DNA of 64,000 bases from Hyalangium minutum (GCF_000737315.1 NZ_JMCB01000001.1:434001-498000); one strand, 5' to 3'. Numbered from the stretch's first letter, positions 18,352 to 28,932 are shown. The notes: generated from the sequence alone by a model not told the origin. A program made the numbers and translations.

Positions 18352-20553
18352 ATGATTGCGACTCCCGTTCACTCTCAGCGTTCCAGACCTGTCTCCCCTC
18401 CCTCTGCATCCGCGCTGAATCCTCTCGCCTCTGCATGCGGACCCAGGAAGGAGGCACTGCTGTGCGAGTTGTACGCGCTGCTGGCCGCGGCTCCGCCTCA
18501 GGCGCCGCTCGCGGAGGGCGTGGCGTGGTTGGAGCAGCTGGCCAGCTGGCTCCGGACGCGCGGCCCCGCGCCCACGTGGCCTGGGCGGCTGGCACCGGTG
18601 GAGTCCGTGGGCTCGGCGCGGCTGCGGCTGTTGGTGGAGATCCTCAGCGAGGTGCCCTTGTGGTGCGAGGCCGTGCGAGGCGTCTTCGCGTCGGTCCTCG
18701 CGGAGACCTCCGCGCTGCGGCTGCTGGCCGACCCCGGCTTGTCCTCCGGCCGCGGCCTCGTCGGAGACCTCGTGGACCGGCTCGGTCAGAGGCTGGTGCC
18801 ACACGCGCCGGACGAGAGCGATCTGGCGGCGCTGGTGTGGCGGCTGTTCCCAGGCTCGTCAGGAGCGAGCTGGCTGGATGAGCTGGCCAAAGATCAGGTG
18901 GTCGCCTTCTGCGAACTGATGTCTTCCCCCTCCTTCGCACCATTGAGGACCGGGGCGGAGGACGCGGTGGCCGTGCTTGCCGCGCGCGTCAGTGCCCTCG
19001 GACTGGCCAGCGATGTGCTGGCGCGGCTGCCGCAGGTCTCCATGGACCACTCTCCCTTCGTCCGCCTGCCGCTTGCGTGCGAAGCGCTGCGCCAGGCCGT
19101 GCGTACGAGCGCTCAGGGCAGCGAGGTGGAGCACCACCGGGAGGCCTGCGCCGAGCTCCTCGCGGGTTGCCGAACCGCCGCGCAGTCCGTGCTGGGCGAC
19201 ATGCATGAGCAGGCGGTGGATACCGATCTCGTCTACCGGCTCGAGCTGATCGGCCACTCGCTGGACCGGCTGGAGGCGCTGCTGTGGCTCCTGGCCCCGG
19301 ACCAGCCTCACTTGCTGCCGGCTGCCGCGACGCGGCTGCTCTCCTCCCTGGTTCAGGCGCACCAGCGGGAGCAGAGCCTCGCCCACCTCCTCCGCGGCAG
19401 CGTGCGCTCCATCTCGCGGCGCATCTTCGAACACACCGGAGCGGTGGGCCGCCACTACATCACCACCAGTCAAGACGACTACCTTCGCCTGGTGCGCGCG
19501 GCGGCCGGTGGGGGGATGCTCACCGCGAGCACCGCGGCGCTCAAGCTGCTCATCACCTTCGCGGCGCTCCCCCTCTTCTTCGACGGTCTGGCGGCCTCGA
19601 CCAACTACGCCCTCAGCTTCCTGCTCATCCAGCTGCTCGGCTTCACCCTGGCCACCAAGCAGCCCTCCATGACAGGCGCGGCCGTGGCAGCCTCCATGGA
19701 TGTGAAGGTCGGCGACAAAGGCTTGCGCAGCCTGGTGAAGCACTTGGCCTGCGTCACCCGCTCCCAGTTGGCCTCGGTTTTCGGCAACCTCAGCGCCGTG
19801 GTGGCCACGGTCACGCTCGTGAGCATCGTCCTCCAGGGGCTGCTGGGCCGATCGCTGCTGGCAGTAAACGAGGCTGAGTATGTCGTTCATTCGCTGCACC
19901 CGCTGAAGAGCGGAACGCTGGTGTTCGCCGCGCTCACCGGCTTGCTGCTGTGGTGCTCCAGTGTCTTCGGCGGCTGGCTGGAGAACTGGGTGAGCTACCG
20001 GCGGCTCCCGGAGGCGCTGGCGAACCATCGGGGCATCATCCTCCTACTGGGTGAGGAGCGGGCGCGGTGGCTCGGCGCGGCCCTCGCGCGCAATGCCTGT
20101 GGCCTGGGAGCCAACGTCAGCCTGGGCCTGCTGTTGGGGATGACCCCCGCGGTGAGCCGGTTCTTTGGCCTGCCGCTGGATGTGCGGCACGTCACCCTCA
20201 GCGCCGGCACGCTCGCCTTCGCTGGCACGGCGCTCGGGCCCGAGCGGCTGCTGCAGCCGGACTTCCTCTGGGCGGTGGCCGGGCTCGTTCTGGTGGGAGT
20301 GATGAATCTGAGCGTGAGCTTCTCGCTGGGACTCTCCGCGGCGATGCGCTCGCGAGGCCTGGAGCCGGTGGGATTCCTGCGGCTGGGACGCGCGGTCCTG
20401 GCTGGCGGAATCCGCTCGCTGGCCGAGTTCATCATCCCTCCCCCACCACCGCTGCTGCCGGCCCGCCGTCCTACGTCCCGCTACGGAGTGCTCTCGGCGG
20501 AACGCCCACGCGCCTCCACGCGCGGGCAGGAGGGCCACACCGGTCCCCACTGA
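18352..20553 (+). CDS. Gcr/'site-specific recombinase' family (PF10136-like) polytopic membrane protein; start uncertain
   Basis: GRHYIT...AAAGGG, TLATKQPSMT, LPLDVRHVTLSAG motifs with multiple TM helices. Confidence 0.8.
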   Translation: MIATPVHSQRSRPVSPPSASALNPLASACGPRKEALLCELYALLAAAPPQAPLAEGVAWLEQLASWLRTRGPAPTWPGRLAPVESVGSARLRLLVEILSEVPLWCEAVRGVFASVLAETSALRLLADPGLSSGRGLVGDLVDRLGQRLVPHAPDESDLAALVWRLFPGSSGASWLDELAKDQVVAFCELMSSPSFAPLRTGAEDAVAVLAARVSALGLASDVLARLPQVSMDHSPFVRLPLACEALRQAVRTSAQGSEVEHHREACAELLAGCRTAAQSVLGDMHEQAVDTDLVYRLELIGHSLDRLEALLWLLAPDQPHLLPAAATRLLSSLVQAHQREQSLAHLLRGSVRSISRRIFEHTGAVGRHYITTSQDDYLRLVRAAAGGGMLTASTAALKLLITFAALPLFFDGLAASTNYALSFLLIQLLGFTLATKQPSMTGAAVAASMDVKVGDKGLRSLVKHLACVTRSQLASVFGNLSAVVATVTLVSIVLQGLLGRSLLAVNEAEYVVHSLHPLKSGTLVFAALTGLLLWCSSVFGGWLENWVSYRRLPEALANHRGIILLLGEERARWLGAALARNACGLGANVSLGLLLGMTPAVSRFFGLPLDVRHVTLSAGTLAFAGTALGPERLLQPDFLWAVAGLVLVGVMNLSVSFSLGLSAAMRSRGLEPVGFLRLGRAVLAGGIRSLAEFIIPPPPPLLPARRPTSRYGVLSAERPRASTRGQEGHTGPH

Positions 20554-20569
20554 TGCAGAAAAAGCCGCT

Positions 20570-21694
20570 CTAGAGCAGAGTGACGAAGACCGCTTTACTT
20601 CCAAAGCCCACAATATCCTGGCGGCCATCACCGTTGACGTCCGCCATCATGCGAGGGTCCTGACCGACGAGCCACCCGCTCCCCCATCCGTAACTATCCA
20701 CGCGGAATTGCGGCCCCGTGAAGTTGCTGCCTGTTGAGAGGGCGATGTAGACACCGGCATTGCCGAACCCAACGATGTCCTGCCTGCCATCGTCGTTCAC
20801 CTCCGCCGTCATGCGCGGGTGATTTTCGACGCGCCAACCTCCCGCCTCGTAACCAAAGTCCGCGACCCAGAGCTGCGGCGCGGCAAAGCTGCTGCCCGTG
20901 GAGAGGGCGACGAAGACACCGGCATTGCCGAACCCGACGACGTCCTGCCTGCCATCGCCGTTCACGTCCGCCATCATGCGCGGGTGGTTTTCGACGCGCC
21001 AACCTCCCGCCTCGTAACCAAAGTCCGCGACCCAGAGCTGCGACGTGGCGAAGCCGCTGCCTGTCGAGAGGGCAACGTAGACACCGGCATTGCCGAACCC
21101 GACGACATCCTGCATGCCATCACCGTTCACGTCGGCCATCATGCGCGGGTGTTTCTCGACGCGCCAACCTCCCGCCTCATAGCCAAAGTCCGTGACCCAG
21201 AGCTGCGGCGGGGTGAAGCTGCTGCCCGTGGAGAGGGCGACGTAGACACCGGCATTGCCAAACCCGACGACATCTTGCCTGCCATCGCGGTTCACATCCG
21301 CCATCATGCGCGGGTGGTTTTCGACGCGCCAGCCTCCCGCCTCGTAACCAAAGTCCGCGACCCAGAGCTGCGGCGGGGTGAAGCTGCTGCCCGTGGAGAG
21401 CGAGACGGAGACACCGGCATTGCCGAACCCGACGATGTCTTGCCTGCCATCGCGATTCACATCCGCCATCATGCGAGGATGTTTTTCGACGCGCCAACCT
21501 CCCGCCTCGTAACCAAAGCCCGCGACCCAGAGCTGCGGCGGGGTGAAGCTACTGCCCGTGGAGAGAGAGACGTAGACACCGGCATTGCCGAATCCGACGA
21601 TGTCCTGCCTGCCATCGCCGTTCACGTCCGCCATCATGCGCGGGTGGTTTTCGACGCGCCAGCCTCCCGCTTCGTAACCGAAGTCCGAGACCCA
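20570..21694 (-). repeat. Seven intragenic repeats, 165-bp (55-aa) period
   Basis: WVADFGYEAGGWRVE(N/K)HPRMMADVNGDGRQDIVGFGNAGVYVALSTGSSF; six near-identical copies plus a diverged seventh. Confidence 0.95.
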
Positions 21695-22903
21695 GCGTTG
21701 CGGCTCCGAGAAAGCGAAAAGCAAGCGGTTGGGAGAACCCGCACCCGGGTCGGAAACCACGCCAGACGTAGCTCGATCGTTCAGCGCTTGACTGACTGCT
21801 GCCGGAGTGGCGTTTGGATTGATCTCCAAGTAGAGGGCCGCGGCCCCCGTCACATGAGGCGCGGCCATGGAGGTGCCCGTGAGCTCTTTTGTCGCGGTAT
21901 CGCTCGAGAACCAGGCGGAAGTGATGTTGACGCCTGGAGCAAACATGTCGAGACAGGAACCGAAATTGGAGAAATACGGACGGGCATCACTCGAGTCCGT
22001 TGCCCCTACCGTCATCGCTTCAGCGATTCGAGATGGGGTATACTTGCACGCATCATCACCATTGTTGATCGCTGCAACAACATAGAGAATACCCTGACTG
22101 ATTGAGCCGCGGATCGCATCATCAACAGCCGGGTTCGCTGCCCCACCCAGGCTCATGTTTGCCACCGCTGGTTTCACCTGATGGGTTGTCACCCATTCAA
22201 TGGCAGCAATGACTCCAGACCAGGTGCCTGAGCCGTTGCAGTTGAGCACGCGTACCGAGTGCAGTTGGACCCCCTTGGCGAGCCCAAAGCGCTGACCGCC
22301 AATTGTCCCAGCGACATGAGTTCCATGACCATTGCAGTCCTCGGCGCCCCTCCCATCGTTGATGACTGTGAAGTCCGCCGAGGCGCGGCCGCCGAACTCG
22401 ACGTGCGTGGTCCTGATGCCCGTATCGAAGATATACGCGTGAACGGAGACGCCGGTCTGGTTGTACCGATAAACACCATCCAGCGGCCTGTTTCGCTGAT
22501 CGATCCGGTCCAGTCCCCAAGGTGCTTCGAGCTGCGCGTCGGCCAGCCGCACCACCCCGTCCTCTACGACATATTTGACCAGAGGATCGGCTGCGAGGGC
22601 ACGCGCTTGGTTCTCATCGGCGGCTATCGCGAATCCACGGAGAGCGTGCTGGTACTCCTCGAGCACGGTGGCCTGATACCGGAAGGCGAGCGTCGATGCG
22701 ACGGCCAGCACATCCTTCGCGGGCACATCGGCTTCCTTCAGCACGACAATGTATTGCCCTGGAATCGGATCTTCACTTCGAAGGAAACCCTGAGTGCTCT
22801 CTGCGCCAAGCGCGTGAGCAGCCTCGGTTTCTTGATTCATGTCCGGTCCACATGCCACACACATACACAACAACAGGGCTGGGACTGATGCTTTTACACG
22901 CAT
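20570..22903 (-). CDS. S8 subtilisin-like lipoprotein protease with I9 propeptide and C-terminal 7-repeat propeller
   Basis: Lipobox VAC; triad FDTG / HGTHVAG / GTSMAAP; seven FG-GAP-like repeats. Confidence 0.95.
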   Translation of the reverse strand: MRVKASVPALLLCMCVACGPDMNQETEAAHALGAESTQGFLRSEDPIPGQYIVVLKEADVPAKDVLAVASTLAFRYQATVLEEYQHALRGFAIAADENQARALAADPLVKYVVEDGVVRLADAQLEAPWGLDRIDQRNRPLDGVYRYNQTGVSVHAYIFDTGIRTTHVEFGGRASADFTVINDGRGAEDCNGHGTHVAGTIGGQRFGLAKGVQLHSVRVLNCNGSGTWSGVIAAIEWVTTHQVKPAVANMSLGGAANPAVDDAIRGSISQGILYVVAAINNGDDACKYTPSRIAEAMTVGATDSSDARPYFSNFGSCLDMFAPGVNITSAWFSSDTATKELTGTSMAAPHVTGAAALYLEINPNATPAAVSQALNDRATSGVVSDPGAGSPNRLLFAFSEPQRWVSDFGYEAGGWRVENHPRMMADVNGDGRQDIVGFGNAGVYVSLSTGSSFTPPQLWVAGFGYEAGGWRVEKHPRMMADVNRDGRQDIVGFGNAGVSVSLSTGSSFTPPQLWVADFGYEAGGWRVENHPRMMADVNRDGRQDVVGFGNAGVYVALSTGSSFTPPQLWVTDFGYEAGGWRVEKHPRMMADVNGDGMQDVVGFGNAGVYVALSTGSGFATSQLWVADFGYEAGGWRVENHPRMMADVNGDGRQDVVGFGNAGVFVALSTGSSFAAPQLWVADFGYEAGGWRVENHPRMTAEVNDDGRQDIVGFGNAGVYIALSTGSNFTGPQFRVDSYGWGSGWLVGQDPRMMADVNGDGRQDIVGFGSKAVFVTLL

Positions 22904-23113
22904 GTGTTTGCGCCTCCGAGATGTAGGTCAAAATAGGCGCAGGTACGTTTAAGTGAAGTACTGGAAGGGGTGCTCTGGAGTCGCGCTGCAATATCACTCA
23001 CGAAACAGTCAAATCGTAAAAAGCTGTTTACTCGGCAACTGCAACTCGGCCTACGGGTATGAGTCGCCGTCACGCAGCATACGTCTTCCCCCTCATTTCC
23101 CAGGAGCAATGCC

Positions 23114-23447
23114 ATGAAGAGCATCGGGTCTCGGCTGACAAGCTGTCTCGCGGTGTGGGTGTCAGGGTTCCGTCCCGGAAGATGACATCAACGCCGCGCT
23201 CGATCCCGCGCAGGCCCTCCTGCATGTCGAGGAGAAGTCGGTGGGCATCACGCTTGAGCAGTTGAAGGCTGTACGCGTGGACACGGAGCTCTACGAGGCC
23301 ACCGATCGAGTGCCCGTCGGTGCTCACCAGGCGGTAGAGGCCCTGGCCAGGAGGTCCACCGTCCCACGGAGCGCACGGTGGCCCACCGGGGCTCCCGAAA
23401 CTACCTGGAGTGCGGCTTCCGCCAGACACCCACCAAACAGGCCGTGA
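23114..23447 (+). pseudogene. Possible frameshifted remnant of a secreted protein gene
   Basis: GGAG-ATG start with signal-like MKSIGSRLTSCLAVWVS, early stop, then protein-like PEDDINAALDPAQALLHVEEK in another frame. Confidence 0.3.
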
Positions 23448-24336
23448 GCAGCTCTTCATCCGAGTAGTCCGAGAGCTCGCCCTGCGCCTTCAGCTCGTGG
23501 AGATGCGGCAGGAGTTCCTCCTGCCGCTCGTGGATGAAGCGCACGCCGGGCATCGTCTCCTGGAACATCCGCTTCCATGCGTCGAGGCGCACCCCGTTCA
23601 CGTAGCAGTTCGGCCGCACCGTATTCCGGTGACCGGGACGAAGGTGCGGCCAGTACGGAGGAGCCATTCCCTCGCTCGTGAAGGTGCGCGGGTCGTGGCT
23701 TCCACTGTGGCTCGTGTAGAGGTGGATCAGCAGGTAGGCGATGCCTCCGGGGCGCAAGACCCGAGCCACCTCCTCCAGCGCGGTCCTCGGCCTGTCAATG
23801 TGCTCGAACGCCGACCACGAGCAGACGAGATCGAAGGACTCCTTGGGGAAGGTCATCCGCGTGGCGTCCATGCGGAACAGGGGTAGGCGCGGGAACCCCC
23901 GGACGCCGACGCACTGCGCGAGGGTCTTCTCGAAGCGAGTGTCCCAACCGAGGAGCTTCCGAGTGACTGTCTTGGCGGTGCGCAGCATGGGGCTATGGCG
24001 GAGCAGTTCCACGTAGTCGCGCAAGTAGAAGCCCTGGGGGACGATGTCCGTGTTGATACCGGTCACCTGATTCGTGACGGAGAGCGCTCGCATGTACTTG
24101 AGCTGCTGACCAGGCCCGATATCCAGGAGCTCGAGCCCCTCGAGTTTGATTCCGAAGTGCTCTTGGAGGCGCTCCTCGCATTGCCGAAGGGAGGCAAGTG
24201 TGACGTGCACCCGCTCGTCCGCGCCCTGCTGCCACATGCGATAGAGGTGTTGCGCCTCGCGCACCCGGCCGACGAGATCCAGAGGACTCGACGCGTAAGA
24301 GTACCGCTGCTGCTGAGCAGGCTGTGCCTGGACCAT
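23401..24336 (-). CDS. Class I SAM-dependent methyltransferase
   Basis: LLDIGPG (motif I), MDAT, SFDLV...FEHI, RVLRPGG. Confidence 0.9.
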   Translation of the reverse strand: MVQAQPAQQQRYSYASSPLDLVGRVREAQHLYRMWQQGADERVHVTLASLRQCEERLQEHFGIKLEGLELLDIGPGQQLKYMRALSVTNQVTGINTDIVPQGFYLRDYVELLRHSPMLRTAKTVTRKLLGWDTRFEKTLAQCVGVRGFPRLPLFRMDATRMTFPKESFDLVCSWSAFEHIDRPRTALEEVARVLRPGGIAYLLIHLYTSHSGSHDPRTFTSEGMAPPYWPHLRPGHRNTVRPNCYVNGVRLDAWKRMFQETMPGVRFIHERQEELLPHLHELKAQGELSDYSDEELLTACLVGVWRKPHSR

Positions 24337-24459
24337 GTTCGTGCTCCCCCCCAAACCAGGCGAAGGTGCGATCGGCCGGCTGCTCCCAACAGGAGCCCGC
24401 TCGTGCTGCTCCGTGTTGGCAGGTGAACTCCGAGAAGTCTCGATGCTTGGAGACGCGCA

Positions 24460-27400
24460 TCACGACGGACGGCGCAGGGGCTCCGTCGATGCGTCCTCCT
24501 GGACCAGGGGCAGCACCACCTCGAAGGTGGCGCCGTGCCCCTGCTCACTCTGCACACGGATCTCTCCGCCCATGGCTTGGACATAGGTGTGGCAGATGGA
24601 GAGTCCCAGGCCCATCCCCACACCCACCGGCTTGGTGGTGAAGAAGGGCTCGAAGATGCGTGGCAACACCTCGGGAGAGATGCCCGTGCCGGTATCTCGG
24701 ACCGACACGACGACCCGGTCTCGTTCGCCTTGGCGCGTAGTGACACGAACCTCGTGGGCCTGGGGTTGGCCCTCAGGAATGGCCTGGGCCGCGTTCATCA
24801 GCAGGTTGAGGAACACCTGGCCCAGCCGCTTCTCGTCCACGACCACGGACGGCACCTCCCCGTAGTCCTTCACCACCCGGGCGCGGGGGCGTATCTGGGC
24901 GTCTGCGACGGAGAGCACGGAGTCCAGCACCGCGTGGAGATCCACCCGCCCCCGGTGCACGGGGGCCAGGCGCGAGAATGTCCGGAGATCCAGGACGATG
25001 CGGCGGACCCGCTCCGCGCCCTGCACCGATTCGCCGAGCGCCTGCTCCACCTCCGCCCATCGCCCACCCGGCCCTTCTTGCCGCGCGGCTTCGCGCACCT
25101 CCTCGGTGACAAAGTTCAGGTTGGCGATGATGAAGGCCAGCGGGTTGTTGATCTCGTGCCCCACCCCCGCGGCGAGCGTGCCCACCGCCGCCATCTTCTC
25201 CGCAAGGACAAGCCGCTCCCGGGTGGTCTGCAGCTCCTCGATGCGGGCACTCAGGTCGGCGTTGACGGTGGCCAGCTCGACGGTGCGCTCGCTGACGCGG
25301 ACCTGCAGTTCCTGAGCGCGCAGGCGCAGTTGGCGCAGGCGCAGCCACACCGCGCCTGCCACTCCCAGCACGGCCGCCAGCACGCACACCACGCGGAACA
25401 GGATCGTCTGGTGGAAGCGGGGCTGCAGGTAGAACCGCAGCTCCGCCACAGGGGAGCCCAACCCTCCCTCGGTGGACTGCGCCATCACCTGGAACCGGTA
25501 ATGCCCCGGTGGCAGGTGCGTGTAATAGGCCACACGCCGCGGCCCGGCCTCTGCCGGCTCTACATCCATGCCCTCGAGCTGGTAGCGGAAGTGCAGACTC
25601 TGCGGGGCGCGCAGCCCCGGAGACGTGTAGTGAATCTCCACGCTTCCCTCCCCCGGCGAGATGCTGCCCCACGCGGCCGGGGGAATGGCGCGGCCATCCA
25701 CTCGAAGCTGCTCGATGAGCACTCGCGGCGGAGCCGTGCGCTGCTCTTCCTGGGTCAAGTCATAGGCGACGGCGCCACGAATGGTGGGGAACCACAGCCG
25801 GCCATCGCGGGTCCGGGTCCCCGCGGGCCACGTCATCCCATTGCACTCCGCGGAGCGCATCCCATCCTCCGTCCCGTAGACGTAGGACTCCACGCGCTTG
25901 AGGCGCGCGTCCGCCACAGCCTCAAGATCCTCCTGGGGCACGCGGAAGATGCCCTTGTTGCAGCTCATCCACAGGTTGCCGCGCCCATCCGGGAGGATCT
26001 GGAAGATGCGGTTGTCGAAGAGCCCCTCGGTGCGTGTCAGCCGCCTCAGGCGCCCCTCCTTCCAGCGGTAGAGGCCTTCCATGGTGCCGATCCAGAGCGT
26101 GCCCAAGGCATCCTCATGCATCGCCAGGATCTTTCCGCGCAGCGGGCCATTCTCGGGGATCTGCAAGACGGCCTTGCCCGCCTGGAGGTAGGCGAGCCCT
26201 CCGCCGAACGTCGCCACCCAGACGCCCCCCGCGGCGCTCCCGTGCAGGAAGGCGATGATCTCGCCTGGAAGTCCGCCCTCCGGCAGGAACGGCTCGAAGC
26301 GCTCGCCGTTCCATCGGACGAGCCCCTTGTCCGTACCGGCCCAGAGTGTGCCCTGTGAGTCCTCGTGCAGGGCTCGCACGCGCCCCGGCAGGGCCCCCTG
26401 GCTCAGGCTGAAGACGGTGAACTTGCCCGAGTGCCACCGGCTGATGCCCTGCGGCGAGCCAAACCAGAGGCTGCCATCGCTCCCCTCGGCGATGAGACTG
26501 ACCCAATCCTGGAGGAGCCCCGCGCGTGTGGTCCACGTGGTCATCTGCCCGTCCTGGAAGCGGGTAACGCCCCCGCCCCAGGTGGCGAACCAGAGACCTC
26601 CGTCACGCGCCTCGTGGATGGCCGTCACCATCTCGTGCGCCAGGCCCTCCGGAGGGCCGTAGGGGGTGAAGGGCGCATCCTTGAGCCGATGGAGCCCTCG
26701 GCCTTCCGTGCCAATCCACAGGTTGCCCTCGGTGTCCTCGAGCAGATCCATCACCAGGCTGTTGGCCAGCGCATGCGACGCATCCGGCTGCGAGCTTTGG
26801 CCGCGCGCGAGCCGCAGGGGGCCGCGTCCCTGGCTCCCAACCCAGAGGGTGCCCGCCCGATCCACCAGAAGGGAGGAGACAGGTGCGCCCGGCAGGCTCG
26901 CCTCGGGCACCCGCCGCAGAGTGCCCTCCTGGAGCTGGTACACGTCGCCCTCCTCGGTGCCCACCCACAGCGCTCCGTCCGGGCCAAAGGCCACCGAGCG
27001 AACCGCCACCGCCGGCTTGCCCTCGACGGGGAATGGCGGCGTCCACATCTTTCCGTCCCACCGCTGCAGTCCTGCGGCGCTGCCCGCCCAGATGGCCCCC
27101 TGAGAGTCCTCGGCGAGCGCCCTCACGGTCTCGTGGGCAAGCCCGTCACGGGCCGTCCAGCTCCGCAGGTGGTCGCCGGAGAGCTGTAACAGCTCGCGCA
27201 GCTCGGTGGCGATCCAGAGGCTCCCATCGCTGGCGGCCAGCAGGTCGACGAAGCCGCGGAGGGGCGACCCCGGCGCCGGGGAGACGGCGGAGAAGACGCC
27301 CTGCTTCATGCGGGTCAGCCCTCTCTCCGTACCGATCCAGAGCGTCCCGTCCTGGCTGAGCGCGAGGCGGCGGACGGTAGGGTCCGCGAGTTCGGGTGTG

Positions 27401-27672
27401 TTCGTCTCGTCAAAGACGGTGAAGCGCACCCCGTCGAAGCGGACCAGTCCTTCCAGGGTGCCCACCCAGAGGTAGCCGTCGGGCGTCTGCGCAAGCGACA
27501 GGACGCTGTTCTGCGGCAGCCCGTGCTCCGCCTGCCAGGATCGGTGGGGAAACTGGAGCAGCGTCTTGTTCGCATCCAGGGCCCAGGCGCTCCCGCTGCT
27601 TCCCATAAGGGCCACGAGCACGCCCAGCGCCAGCACACGCGCGGAACCTCCGCAGGGTTTTCTTCCTCCCAT
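24460..27672 (-). CDS. Sensor histidine kinase with periplasmic beta-propeller (Reg_prop/Y_Y_Y) domain
   Basis: Many G.LWIGT repeats, YTHLPPGHYRFQV, TM helix, H-box GVGHEINNPL, N/G1/F/G2 boxes (LNLLMNA, DTGTG, FEPFFTTK, GMGLGL). Confidence 0.95.
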   Translation of the reverse strand: MGGRKPCGGSARVLALGVLVALMGSSGSAWALDANKTLLQFPHRSWQAEHGLPQNSVLSLAQTPDGYLWVGTLEGLVRFDGVRFTVFDETNTPELADPTVRRLALSQDGTLWIGTERGLTRMKQGVFSAVSPAPGSPLRGFVDLLAASDGSLWIATELRELLQLSGDHLRSWTARDGLAHETVRALAEDSQGAIWAGSAAGLQRWDGKMWTPPFPVEGKPAVAVRSVAFGPDGALWVGTEEGDVYQLQEGTLRRVPEASLPGAPVSSLLVDRAGTLWVGSQGRGPLRLARGQSSQPDASHALANSLVMDLLEDTEGNLWIGTEGRGLHRLKDAPFTPYGPPEGLAHEMVTAIHEARDGGLWFATWGGGVTRFQDGQMTTWTTRAGLLQDWVSLIAEGSDGSLWFGSPQGISRWHSGKFTVFSLSQGALPGRVRALHEDSQGTLWAGTDKGLVRWNGERFEPFLPEGGLPGEIIAFLHGSAAGGVWVATFGGGLAYLQAGKAVLQIPENGPLRGKILAMHEDALGTLWIGTMEGLYRWKEGRLRRLTRTEGLFDNRIFQILPDGRGNLWMSCNKGIFRVPQEDLEAVADARLKRVESYVYGTEDGMRSAECNGMTWPAGTRTRDGRLWFPTIRGAVAYDLTQEEQRTAPPRVLIEQLRVDGRAIPPAAWGSISPGEGSVEIHYTSPGLRAPQSLHFRYQLEGMDVEPAEAGPRRVAYYTHLPPGHYRFQVMAQSTEGGLGSPVAELRFYLQPRFHQTILFRVVCVLAAVLGVAGAVWLRLRQLRLRAQELQVRVSERTVELATVNADLSARIEELQTTRERLVLAEKMAAVGTLAAGVGHEINNPLAFIIANLNFVTEEVREAARQEGPGGRWAEVEQALGESVQGAERVRRIVLDLRTFSRLAPVHRGRVDLHAVLDSVLSVADAQIRPRARVVKDYGEVPSVVVDEKRLGQVFLNLLMNAAQAIPEGQPQAHEVRVTTRQGERDRVVVSVRDTGTGISPEVLPRIFEPFFTTKPVGVGMGLGLSICHTYVQAMGGEIRVQSEQGHGATFEVVLPLVQEDASTEPLRRPS

Positions 27673-27895
27673 TGGGAGGCGTACCTACCATGGTCAGCCC
27701 TGAAATGAAGAGCCTTTCCCAACCTGCTCGGTTGTCTGACAAGTCATCGTCAGGTGCCCTCGGCGGCTCGGGCTCCACGCTGCGGCTTCATACTTCCTGG
27801 CTCCATGTAGGGAACAAATGCTGCACAACCCACAGCGTAGTGGGGAGCCGCATGGCCGGTGGAGAGGCCGTGCAGCTCCCCGCGCAGTCACGGGC

Positions 27896-28831
27896 TCAGC
27901 CGCAGCGACGGCGGGGCCACAGGAGCAGCAGGGCCGCCAGCGCGCCCCAGGCGAGGCCCATTCCCCCACCCCCCGCCGAGCAACCGATTCCCGCCATCTT
28001 CCCCTGGTCCTGTCCGTTGAGGCTCCAGTGAGCGGTTGAATCGTCGTCACAGTCCGTGGCGCCGTCATACGTCACCACCACGGTGTTCTTGCCCGCCTTG
28101 AGCGTCGTCGAGCCCGAGAGCGACTCGTTCAGACACGCCTCCGTGTCGAGGACCTGATCCACCGTGGAGACCTCCACCTTGCCGATGCTGGCCGAGCCGA
28201 TCCTTCCCTTGCCGTTCCACTTCTGGCCGTCGCCCATCGGCTCGAACGAGCCTTCGTAGTCGATGAGCATCGTGTTGCTCTTGAGAGTGCAGTCATCCTC
28301 GTTGACGCTGCCCAGCTCCATGCGGAAGTTGATGTCGAAGGTCGGCTTGGAGGTGCTCTGGGTGCCCTCTCCTTTGATCTCGCCGTCGACCTTGAGCGAG
28401 CTGGACGCGGTCTGTCCACCCCCACAGGTCTTGGGGCTCCCGTAGCCGAAGCCCTCATAGCGGATCAGCCCCACCGTGGACGTCTCCTGGTTGAACGACT
28501 CGGTGACCGCGGTGCCGAACCACGTCTTGCCGCTCTTGTCGGTGCAGCCACCTTTGTAGGTCTTTTTCGAGCCCTCGGTGATCACCTCGGGACAGTTGAT
28601 CGCGTTCTCTCCCTGCTGCGACAGGTCGGCCGCGATCATGGGCGTCATGGAGAAGAAGAAGATGGTGACCGCACTGGCGCTTCCGGACCACTGCTTGACG
28701 TCATCGCCGCTCTCCAGCTTCGCCTCCTTGTAGCTGTCGAGTTCTTCCGCGGCGCCGCCGTCGCCTCCACAGCCCGTCAGGGACAGAGCAACGAGGGAAG
28801 TGAGAAGGGGTACAAGCCTGCTTGCTGACAT
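27896..28831 (-). CDS. Lipoprotein with MYXO-CTERM-like C-terminal sorting signal
   Basis: AAGGAG before ATG 28831, lipobox LTGC; C-terminus GCSAGGGG-hydrophobic-RRR. Confidence 0.8.
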   Translation of the reverse strand: MSASRLVPLLTSLVALSLTGCGGDGGAAEELDSYKEAKLESGDDVKQWSGSASAVTIFFFSMTPMIAADLSQQGENAINCPEVITEGSKKTYKGGCTDKSGKTWFGTAVTESFNQETSTVGLIRYEGFGYGSPKTCGGGQTASSSLKVDGEIKGEGTQSTSKPTFDINFRMELGSVNEDDCTLKSNTMLIDYEGSFEPMGDGQKWNGKGRIGSASIGKVEVSTVDQVLDTEACLNESLSGSTTLKAGKNTVVVTYDGATDCDDDSTAHWSLNGQDQGKMAGIGCSAGGGGMGLAWGALAALLLLWPRRRCG

Positions 28832-28932
28832 GGGGGCTCCTTGAGCGCACTGGGGGTCCTTCCTGCTCGATTGCGCGGAGCAGGAGCGGTTGGATCGGGA
28901 GCGTGCGCGACGATGGGGAATGAAGCGCATGC

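Noticed and set aside
18352-20553. Active site-specific recombinase marking a mobile element
   Set aside because: The family name is misleading; the sequence is a polytopic membrane protein with no visible tyrosine or serine recombinase catalytic motif.
23070-23459. 129-aa minus-strand ORF
   Set aside because: Overlaps the methyltransferase end; the plus strand carries the more protein-like fragments.
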